The notes: generated by a model from the sequence alone, not told the origin. A stretch of 8,033 bases of DNA from Candidatus Wukongarchaeum yapensis (GCA_016840425.1 JAEOSI010000092.1:1-8033), one strand, 5' to 3'; shown: positions 1 to 6,481, counted from the first letter of the stretch. Numbers and translations: made by a program.

Positions 1-2
1 GA

Positions 3-80
3 AAACAATTCAATAAAGTTGAACGAATTTTCCCATTTCAAATCTTTGAAGAAACGATTAATAAGCAAAAAAACAGCTAA
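3..80 (+). CDS. Possible 3' end of a convergent upstream gene (KQFNKVERIFPFQIFEETINKQKNS*), 5'-truncated by the window
   Basis: Frame 3 is open from the window edge to TAA at 78-80, ending 8 bp before the stop of the convergent FTR gene. Too short to assign a family. Confidence 0.3.
   Translation, partial: KQFNKVERIFPFQIFEETINKQKNS
67..73 (-). terminator. Putative archaeal oligo-T terminator of the grx-FTR operon
   Basis: A7 on + (T7 on -) about 16 nt downstream of the FTR stop at 89. Confidence 0.4.
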
Positions 81-88
81 GCAACATC

Positions 89-649
89 TTACCCTTGTAT
101 TTGCGTTTTCATACTTATTTCAGCAAACATTTCTCTCTTCGCTTTGCATATCGGGCAAACATATGGGGGTTCTTCTCGGAAGCAGACGTATCCACATTGT
201 TTGCAATACCACATTTTCATTTTAACATCACCAGATTCTTCAGTGACCACGGTGGTTTTCTCAGGTGGTTTTTCAGGAGCTTTTTCAACCAGACTTTCTT
301 CAGTTAGTCCATAAGCTCTGTTCTGTTTCTCTAAAGGTCTTCGCTCTGGGATTGGTTCTAGGGTGACCTTTCCTTCAAAAGCTTCCTTACTAACATAGAG
401 TGCACAGTAGCAAGCGTTATACTCTATAACGTCTGGGTCTCGATAATCGCATGGACATATTATATCTCTGTCAAGCTCAAAAACTCCAGAAGCAAGCCTA
501 CACGGGCATGAAGGATAGCCGTATCGCTCTTCGTTCTTTTTAAGACCTTCAAGAAGGTCGTTAAGAAACTCTGGATCAGGGCTTAGGTAGTAGCCATGGG
601 TTTTTGCATCGCTCTCAGCCCTTTTACGCACTTCTTCAAGCGTTACCAA
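89..649 (-). CDS. Ferredoxin:thioredoxin reductase catalytic-subunit-like protein with C-terminal rubredoxin-like domain (FDR-type ferredoxin:disulfide reductase)
   Basis: FTR motifs GYPSCPCR, IICPCDY and ACYCALY; E/K/P-rich linker; then WYCKQCGY...PYVCPICKA (CxxC-x12-CxxC). Likely start is TTG at 649 (MVTLEEV), overlapping the grx stop by 14 bp; the ORF-track extension to 688 lies inside grx. Confidence 0.92.
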   Translation of the reverse strand: MVTLEEVRKRAESDAKTHGYYLSPDPEFLNDLLEGLKKNEERYGYPSCPCRLASGVFELDRDIICPCDYRDPDVIEYNACYCALYVSKEAFEGKVTLEPIPERRPLEKQNRAYGLTEESLVEKAPEKPPEKTTVVTEESGDVKMKMWYCKQCGYVCFREEPPYVCPICKAKREMFAEISMKTQIQG

Positions 650-929
650 TTTCCAAAGCCTCCAATATCTTATCCGGATGAAAACCACTAATCAAAATCT
701 TGTCGTCTATGAGTATTGTAGGAAATCTAATAGACCCTCCTCTGCTTCTAATATCTTCTCTTACTTCTTCCTGTTCTTTTTTGTCACACAAGTCAATATC
801 AATATATTCGTATTGAACAGAGGTGTCATTTAACAGTCTCTTTGTCCGGTTACACCATACACAAGTGCTTAGGGTATACAATAAAACGTTGTGCGCGTTG
901 TTTTTACCTGGAACTTTTATTGTTTTCAT
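636..929 (-). CDS. Glutaredoxin-like / NrdH-methanoredoxin-like thiol-disulfide oxidoreductase (CVWC)
   Basis: LYTLSTCVWC active site, YEYIDID strand, cis-Pro motif FPTI and GF motif; 97 aa; GAGGGA SD-like site upstream of the ATG. Confidence 0.9.
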   Translation of the reverse strand: MKTIKVPGKNNAHNVLLYTLSTCVWCNRTKRLLNDTSVQYEYIDIDLCDKKEQEEVREDIRSRGGSIRFPTILIDDKILISGFHPDKILEALEIGNA

Positions 930-960
930 ATTATTCCCTCTTTTGTTTAGAATTAGGTTT

Positions 961-980
961 CAATATAAAGCTTTATAAAT
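961..980 (-). promoter_or_regulatory. Putative TATA region for the grx-FTR operon
   Basis: Minus strand reads ATTTATAAAGCTTTATATTG, 32-51 nt upstream of the ATG at 929, with two TTTATA candidates. Confidence 0.45.
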
Positions 981-1073
981 TAGAAAAATTTTCGATAGCA
1001 ACTAACGCTTTATCCTTAAAGCAGTTTTAAAAGATTTTATCTGGTCTGAAAATGTAGAAAAGATCACAATGGG

Positions 1074-1123
1074 TCTGGGCCAGGCTTTAGGTGGTAGCCA
1101 TCGCATTCAACCCTTTTATGCAC
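1074..1123 (-). pseudogene. Decayed 50-bp copy of the 5' coding region of the FTR-like gene (570-631)
   Basis: 41/50 identical positions by manual alignment, with a 12-bp deletion (FTR 596-607) at a CAT microhomology. Translates VHKRVECD----GYHLKPGP versus VRKRAESDAKTHGYYLSPDP; no start codon. Confidence 0.75.
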
Positions 1124-1232
1124 CGCTCTTAATGGTTTTTTTACTCGCTACCTAAACGCTAAACCCTGACCGCTTCCGTTCCAAAATCAGAGAGAAGCGT
1201 AACTTAAAAAATCATTGACTCACACATTTTTT

Positions 1233-1240
1233 AAAAAAAA
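1233..1240 (-). terminator. Oligo-T (T8) terminator candidate directly after the 37-aa ORF
   Basis: Minus strand reads TAA TTTTTTTT. Confidence 0.45.
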
Positions 1241-1354
1241 TTAACCGTTCAAACCAAAAGCGTAAAGAAACAAAACTATGAAACCAAAGAACGCTGTAAA
1301 ATACAAAATCAACGCCCAATCATGAAAATCAACTTCACTCACGAAGTCACTCAT
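1241..1354 (-). CDS. Small single-pass membrane protein, 37 aa (MSDFVSEVDFHDWALILYFTAFFGFIVLFLYAFGLNG)
   Basis: ATG at 1354 preceded by SD-like GGTGG; acidic N-terminus then ~23 hydrophobic residues; T8 directly after the stop. Below the ORF-track length cutoff. Confidence 0.55.
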   Translation of the reverse strand: MSDFVSEVDFHDWALILYFTAFFGFIVLFLYAFGLNG

Positions 1355-1534
1355 GTAAAACCACCGCCGAAACCGCTACCGCTAAGATAAGGAATTATGT
1401 AGGAGATGTGGCTTTTTAGTTTGACTTTTTCCCTCTTAGAGGTAGCAGATATAACGGTTGTAATTGTTTTGACTCCGAGTGGTCTGCTGGACCTAGGCTC
1501 TAAACCGCTAAGTTAGTTTTTTTCCGCTTGAGCA

Positions 1535-1605
1535 TATATAGTTTGAAATATGTATAAATAGTTTATCGAATTAGACTCTGTATGATGTAAATATCTATAT
1601 AGTTT
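1535..1605 (-). repeat. Three 10-bp direct repeats AAACTATWTA (1535-1544, 1555-1564, 1596-1605)
   Basis: Read directly from the sequence; spacings of 20 and 41 bp; each resembles a BRE-edge/TATA element. Confidence 0.55.
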
Positions 1606-1696
1606 ATTGGCAAGGTTCCCTGGGAAGGTTAATTATCGATTAATAGAATAAAATACTACTTAAATTATTTGCTAAGAAGAATATAGTTCTTTAATT

Positions 1697-2905
1697 TCAT
1701 TTCTTTTTTTGTAGTATGAGTTTTTCTATGGCTGTTATTATGTCTTTTAGGTCTTTTTCGGTTAATTTAGGGTGCATTGGGAGCTGTATTGCCTTTTTAG
1801 CTATTTCTTCTGCTATGGGGCATTTCGCTTTTTTATAGTTTGGAAGAAAGTTCTTTAACATTTCAGCATAAGGGTATACGTTTGGATCTTTTATGTTTTC
1901 GTAGAGGGGTTGATGGTAGAGGAGGGTTTTATAGATTGGACCAGCGCTTATTCCTTCAGCTTCTAAAGCTTTTATAAAACCATCTCTTTCCCACCCGCTT
2001 TTTTCTTCCAAGAGGCATGCGTATAGGTAGTATACGTGTTCATATCCTTCTGGCTCTTTTGAGGGTTTTATTAGCTCTCTTATTTTTTCAAGCTCTTTTG
2101 AGAGTTTTCTTGCAAATTCTTGGCGTTTTTTCGTGAAGTTCTGAAGTTTTTCCAACTGTTTTAATCCAATAGCTGCCATAATGTTTGTCATACGATAATT
2201 ATACCCTAAGAGGACATGGTTATACTTGCCCTTTTGTCCCTGATCCCTTATGATTCTGCATTTTTCAGCGATTTCATCATCATTTGTCACAATCATACCT
2301 CCCTCTCCTGTAGTCATGTTTTTTGTAGCGTAAAAAGAGTAAATAGCTACATCACCGAAAGTGCCTACCATGTGGCCTTTATAGCGGGCTTTATGCGCTT
2401 GGGCTGCATCTTCTAAAATAAAAAGACCGTGTTTTTCTGCAACTTCTTTTATGGGATCCATGTCTGCGGGCAAACCAAAAAGGTGTACTGGAATAATACC
2501 CTTGGTTTTTCTTGTTATAGCTTTTTCAATTTTTTCCGGTTCAACGTTGAAAGTTTCCGGGTTTATGTCGACAAAAACAGGGATACCTCCCAGAAAGAGC
2601 GCGGCTGTTGCTGAAGCACTAAAAGTATAAGGAACGGTTATCACCTCATCTCCTGGGAGTAGTTTCAGGGCTTGGAAGGCTACATGGAGAGCTGCTGTCC
2701 CCGAGTTCACGGCTATAGCATGTTTTACACCGTTAAATTTCGCAAACTCTTTCTCAAACTTCTCAACAACTTCACCTTGCACAAGATAACCTGATCTTAA
2801 AACTTCTATAACCGCTCTTTCCTCTTCTTCACCAAGAATAGGCACCGCTATCGGTATCTTCTCCCTTCTTACAGGTTCACCGCCTTCTATTGCTAACTTA
2901 ACCAA
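1697..2905 (-). CDS. DegT/DnrJ/EryC1/StrS family PLP-dependent nucleotide-sugar aminotransferase
   Basis: Motifs AVNSGTAALH, PVHLFG, EDAAQAH, SFYATKNMTTGEGGM (PLP lysine) and GYNYRM. Likely start is TTG at 2905 (MVKLAIEGG) with GGGGT upstream; the ORF track extends to 2968. Confidence 0.95.
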   Translation of the reverse strand: MVKLAIEGGEPVRREKIPIAVPILGEEEERAVIEVLRSGYLVQGEVVEKFEKEFAKFNGVKHAIAVNSGTAALHVAFQALKLLPGDEVITVPYTFSASATAALFLGGIPVFVDINPETFNVEPEKIEKAITRKTKGIIPVHLFGLPADMDPIKEVAEKHGLFILEDAAQAHKARYKGHMVGTFGDVAIYSFYATKNMTTGEGGMIVTNDDEIAEKCRIIRDQGQKGKYNHVLLGYNYRMTNIMAAIGLKQLEKLQNFTKKRQEFARKLSKELEKIRELIKPSKEPEGYEHVYYLYACLLEEKSGWERDGFIKALEAEGISAGPIYKTLLYHQPLYENIKDPNVYPYAEMLKNFLPNYKKAKCPIAEEIAKKAIQLPMHPKLTEKDLKDIITAIEKLILQKKK

Positions 2906-2963
2906 AATATAAACCCCTAAGTAACTATTTGTTAGCGTAATAAATAAAGGGCATGATTTTGGG

Positions 2964-2980
2964 AACAAAAACTTTTTGTT
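2964..2980. promoter_or_regulatory. Perfect 17-bp palindrome AACAAAAA-C-TTTTTGTT in the divergent intergenic region; operator candidate
   Basis: 8-bp inverted repeat around one central base, between the aminotransferase and KaiC-like copy 1. Confidence 0.4.
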
Positions 2981-3038
2981 TTACAAATAAGTGATCCCCA
3001 AGGAAGGATAAGTTCGTGAATCAAAATTTTGGTGAAAT

Positions 3039-3872
3039 ATGGTGGGAAAACCGATCTGGATAAGCTCAAAACCTCCTCGAATTTTGCCTACAGGCTATGA
3101 GGATTTTGATGATTATTTTAAAATTTTAAGCGGTACTTGCACCATCTTTTATGTTTGCAACCAAACCTATTGGGATCCTAGAGGATTACTGGTTAATTGG
3201 GTTGTGGATCTTTCTAATGATGAGTTTAATATTATAATATCAACACGGTTTGATCCTATAACTGCTACAAAGTTATTTTTTGAAGTACGGCCAGAGCTTG
3301 TTAAAAGAACTCCTGTTGTTATAAAAGATGGTAGAGGTTATTGGATAGACATGTATGGAGGTAGGGGATTAAAGAAGGATGTAAGAAAAGATATTATAGA
3401 GAAATATGAGAAGGGGATAAAATCATTTGAAATTGATCCTTTTGCTATATATATTGTGAAAAACCCTGAAAAAAATAGTTCAATCGATGAGTTAAACGGT
3501 TTTATAAGAGAGATAATGGGTAGGGTTTCTAAGAATAGGATAGGGAGAATCTTTGTTCATACTTTAGATAATTTCGTAGATTCATGGGGAATGGAGGAGT
3601 TTCTAGAATTTTTCAAACACCAGGTTGACTTATTGTTGCATAAATTTCATCATACGGGAGTTTATGTGATCAGTTATAAAAGCTATCCTAGAAATTTTCA
3701 TGCAAAAATTGAAAGAATAGCAGATAACATAATCTTATGGTGTTATAACCAAAAAAAAGAGGAAAAGTATATGCAGATTCTTAAAAGCTCCGTGATTGAC
3801 AGTTTCTTTGGAAAAGTTCCTTACAGAATTAACGAAAAAATGTTGCCAGAATTAAAACTTCCTCCTCCGTAA
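3039..3872 (+). CDS. KaiC/RAD55-like RecA-fold protein with degenerate P-loop, copy 1
   Basis: RILPTGYEDFDDYF matches the KaiC/RAD55 N-terminal 'RIPTGIxGLDxL' pattern; WIDMY, VKNPxxxxxIxEL, RIFVHTLD (Walker B position), IADNIILW and YMQILKS follow in the expected order. No GxxxxGK[ST]. SD GGTGA at 3031-3035. Confidence 0.7.
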   Translation: MVGKPIWISSKPPRILPTGYEDFDDYFKILSGTCTIFYVCNQTYWDPRGLLVNWVVDLSNDEFNIIISTRFDPITATKLFFEVRPELVKRTPVVIKDGRGYWIDMYGGRGLKKDVRKDIIEKYEKGIKSFEIDPFAIYIVKNPEKNSSIDELNGFIREIMGRVSKNRIGRIFVHTLDNFVDSWGMEEFLEFFKHQVDLLLHKFHHTGVYVISYKSYPRNFHAKIERIADNIILWCYNQKKEEKYMQILKSSVIDSFFGKVPYRINEKMLPELKLPPP

Positions 3873-3899
3873 AACTACTAAAAAGTAAATGAAAAACTT

Positions 3900-3935
3900 T
3901 TAAAAAATAAGGAGAAATATCGCTAACTTAATCAA
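3900..3935 (-). pseudogene. Copied 5' stub of the aminotransferase gene (MIKLAI, then unrelated FLLIF*)
   Basis: TTG ATT AAG TTA GCG ATA versus TTG GTT AAG TTA GCA ATA at 2905-2888; homology stops after codon 6. Confidence 0.75.
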
Positions 3936-4063
3936 AATATAACTTCCAAGTCACTATTTATTGGAGAAAGATAAAGGACGGCATTTTGGAAAGAAAACCC
4001 CTTTGCCTAAGAGGATGATCTTCACAAGAAGGACAGAGAAGGGAAATTAAGACCTGGTGAAAT

Positions 4064-4888
4064 ATGATGGAGAAACCGATCTGGGTAAGACAAAAATCCC
4101 CTCGAATTTTGCCTACAGGGTATAAGGATTTTGATGATTATTTTAAAATTTTAAGCGGTACTTGCACCATCTTTTATGTTTGCAACCAAACCTATTGGGA
4201 TCCTATAGGAATATGGTGCCACTGGGCTACGAATCTTTTTGATGACGAGTTTAATATAACGGTATCGACACGATCTGACCCCGTAACTGCTGTAAAGATG
4301 GCTTTTAAAATAGATCCAGAGATCATTAAAAGAAATTCTCTTTTTTCAAGAGAGGGAAGAGCTTATTGGATAGACATGTATAGCGGTAAGGGATTAAAAG
4401 AAGGGATAAAAGAAGATGTTATAGAAGAATATACCGGGGAGTTAAAACAGTTTGAAATCGATGTTTTTTCCTTATATCTGGTTAAAAATCCTGAAAAATC
4501 TAGCTCAATAGGTGAATTAGATAGTTTTATAGAAGAGATAACAGGGAGGGTTTCTATGGAGACAACTGGGAGAATTATCATAACTCGGGGAGATGATCTT
4601 TTAGATGCGTGGAAAAACGAATTTCTAAAATTTTTCAGAAATCACGTTGATTTAATACTTCACAAATTTCAGCATACGGGGATTTACATTTTTAGTTATA
4701 AAAACTATCCTAGAAAGTTTCATACAGCAATTGAAAAAATAGCAGATAACATAATCTTATGGGAATATGATATTGAAAAAGAGGAAAAGTATATGCAGAT
4801 TCTTAAAAGCTCCGTGATTAACAGTTTCTTTGGAAAAGTTCCTTACAGAATTAATGAAAAAATGTTGCCAGAATTTAAACTCCCGTAA
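4064..4888 (+). CDS. KaiC/RAD55-like RecA-fold protein with degenerate P-loop, copy 2
   Basis: About 65% identical to copy 1 (178/275 by manual count); same motifs, Walker B position reads RIIITRGD; same GGTGAAAT-ATG start context. Confidence 0.7.
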   Translation: MMEKPIWVRQKSPRILPTGYKDFDDYFKILSGTCTIFYVCNQTYWDPIGIWCHWATNLFDDEFNITVSTRSDPVTAVKMAFKIDPEIIKRNSLFSREGRAYWIDMYSGKGLKEGIKEDVIEEYTGELKQFEIDVFSLYLVKNPEKSSSIGELDSFIEEITGRVSMETTGRIIITRGDDLLDAWKNEFLKFFRNHVDLILHKFQHTGIYIFSYKNYPRKFHTAIEKIADNIILWEYDIEKEEKYMQILKSSVINSFFGKVPYRINEKMLPEFKLP

Positions 4889-5143
4889 AATTTAACTACT
4901 GCTAAACAAATATCTACCTGCCTGTTATGAAAGTCAAATGTAAACCTTTCTGTCTTAGGAAGGGAAAAATAAGAGAGATAAAGGAACTGTTTCTTTTTGC
5001 GGGCAGGATGATATAATAGGTATAGTCCAGTAATTTTAAGCGGTAAAAGATTTTTATTTGAAAAAACTATTAAGATATTTCTACATTTTTTGAAAATATT
5101 AATTATATTTGTTATGGATTTTTGCTTTTGGGGGATTTTCGGC

Positions 5144-6136
5144 ATGTTATTGGGTTTTGAGCCATTACAGCTGTTTTTCCTGTTTTTTTCCTCCTTTATT
5201 GTTTGTTTTGTTTTAACACCTATTGTTATGAGGAAGATGAAGCAGGTCGGCATTGTTGGTGTTGATGTTCATAAAACTGATAAGCCTGAGATTCCTGAAA
5301 TGGGTGGTTTAAGCATTGTTTTTACCTTGATTTTTGGATCTTTTTTAAGTGTCGTCCTGTTCTCGGAATATTTTGAAGAGGTTATGGTTTTTTTAGCGGT
5401 GGTTTTAATTGCTGCTTTTGTGGGGATAATTGATGATCTTAGGGGTTTAAATGCCCTGCTAAAACCTTTTCTTCTGGTTTTAGCTTGTATACCTGTGATA
5501 TTAAGTGGATTGTATTCTCCTCACCCAGCTTTTCCTTTTATTGGGAAAACACGTTTAACTATTATCTATTTTGTTCTTATTCCTTTGGTAGTGGCGGTTC
5601 CTGCTAATGCTGCAAACATGATCGATGTTTTAAATGGAGCCATGAGCGGTACTTGTGCAATCATTGCAGGAACTGTTTTGGTTTGCTCATTAATCCTTGA
5701 CTCAGAGGTAGGATTGTTGTTGAGTCTCATTTTGTTCGCTTCTTTGCTTGCTTTTTGGTACTTTAACCGTTATCCTGCGAGGGGTTTTGCGGGGGATACT
5801 GGGAGCTTGTCTGTTGGAGCTGCTTTGGGGGGTATAGCGGTTGTTGGAAGCGTTGAAATAGTTGTTTTAGTGGCAATGATGCCCTTAATAATGAACAGTT
5901 TTTACATCCTTGCAAGTATCGGAGGATTAAAAGAGAGGCGAGAGATAGAGAGACCTACATACTTAATGCCCGACGGTTATATATCGGCGACAGAAAACCC
6001 TAAGGCACCTTTAACTTTAACCCGGATATTTCTCATAAGGAGACCGCTTAAGGAAGGGGAAATACTTAAGGGTTTCTATCTTCTTGCCCTTGTTTCTGCT
6101 GTTCTGGCTATTATGACAGCCTTACTTATACCTTGA
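5144..6136 (+). CDS. aglH: Glycosyltransferase family 4 (MraY/WecA/GPT): probable UDP-GlcNAc:dolichyl-phosphate GlcNAc-1-phosphate transferase
   Basis: Polytopic membrane protein with GVDVHK..KPEIPEMGG, GIIDDL, NMIDVLNG and FAGDTGSL motifs. Start uncertain: ATG 5144 (GGGGA SD) preferred over ATG 5114 or TTG 5090. The symbol is by family and context. Confidence 0.85.
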   Translation: MLLGFEPLQLFFLFFSSFIVCFVLTPIVMRKMKQVGIVGVDVHKTDKPEIPEMGGLSIVFTLIFGSFLSVVLFSEYFEEVMVFLAVVLIAAFVGIIDDLRGLNALLKPFLLVLACIPVILSGLYSPHPAFPFIGKTRLTIIYFVLIPLVVAVPANAANMIDVLNGAMSGTCAIIAGTVLVCSLILDSEVGLLLSLILFASLLAFWYFNRYPARGFAGDTGSLSVGAALGGIAVVGSVEIVVLVAMMPLIMNSFYILASIGGLKERREIERPTYLMPDGYISATENPKAPLTLTRIFLIRRPLKEGEILKGFYLLALVSAVLAIMTALLIP

Positions 6137-6450
6137 AACATGGAGAGGTCATAATTTTGGAGAAAAAAAGTAAAAAATTGGTAAACGGCAAGGATAAGTG
6201 GGTAAGGCCTGCTTTAGAAATTGGCGGTATTCTTGCCTTTGTTTGGGCTACCATGATTTTCATGTTTTTAGTCATAGAGGAGTTTGTGGTTCCAATAACC
6301 GAGGATGATTTTTCAAGCAGCGAGAGTTTTTTAAGAAGCTTGGTTCAAGTGGGTATTAGCGGGGGCTTAGCGGCAGGTTGGCTTTATTTTTGGCATCTTC
6401 TAACAAGCGTATACGTGCAAAAAGTGGGAAAAATCCTGAGAAAAACTTAA
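6133..6450 (+). CDS. Hypothetical membrane protein, 105 aa, two predicted TM helices
   Basis: TTG start overlaps the upstream TGA (TTGA, 4 bp); hydrophobic segments ALEIGGILAFVWATMIFMFLVI and LVQVGISGGLAAGWLYFWHLL flank an acidic loop. Confidence 0.7.
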   Translation: MKHGEVIILEKKSKKLVNGKDKWVRPALEIGGILAFVWATMIFMFLVIEEFVVPITEDDFSSSESFLRSLVQVGISGGLAAGWLYFWHLLTSVYVQKVGKILRKT

Positions 6451-6481
6451 TGAATTGATTAATTTTTCTCAAAAAAATGTA

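Larger units (their letters stand above)
2888..4888 (+). repeat. Tandem duplication of ~1.03 kb (unit 1 ~2888-3872, unit 2 ~3918-4888) including the upstream intergenic region
   Basis: Homology starts at tat(t/c)gctaacttaa(c/t)caaaatataa (offset 1030) and continues through both paralogous genes (offsets 1025 then 1022). Confidence 0.9.

Noticed and set aside
19-307. + strand ORFs 19..225 and 95..307
   Set aside because: Antisense shadows of the FTR-rubredoxin gene; no motifs.
842-1030. + strand 62-aa ORF
   Set aside because: Overlaps the grx 5' end and promoter in antisense; composition reflects AT-rich intergenic DNA.
1183-1216. Box C/D-like ATGATT...CTGA on the minus strand and a CGCTTC/GAAGCG hairpin (1171-1199)
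   Set aside because: No C' box or terminal D box and an imperfect C box; a 6-bp stem is within chance.
1406-1516. + strand 36-aa ORF MWLFSLTFSLLEVADITVVIVLTPSGLL... followed by T7
   Set aside because: AGGAG abuts the ATG with no spacer, no upstream TATA is evident, and it conflicts with the better-supported minus-strand unit. Not fully excluded.
2216-2614. + strand ORFs 2216..2416 and 2429..2614
   Set aside because: Antisense to the well-supported aminotransferase.
3751-3758. A8 tract in KaiC-like copy 1 as a phase-variation site
   Set aside because: In frame (encodes QKK) and A-runs of this length are common in this AT-rich sequence.
3039-4888. Diversity-generating retroelement template/variable-repeat pair as explanation for the near-identical blocks
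   Set aside because: No reverse transcriptase in the window, both copies are full genes, and differences are not restricted to adenines.
4927-5016. 29-aa basic ORF MKVKCKPFCLRKGKIREIKELFLFAGRMI and short matches (AGATAAAGGA, AGGATGAT) to the unit 2 upstream region suggesting a third copy
   Set aside because: No SD site; the matches are 8-10 bp with inconsistent spacing and compatible with chance.
4363-5253. Minus-strand ORFs 4363..4581 and 4843..5253
   Set aside because: Antisense to KaiC-like copy 2 and the aglH-like gene; no motifs.
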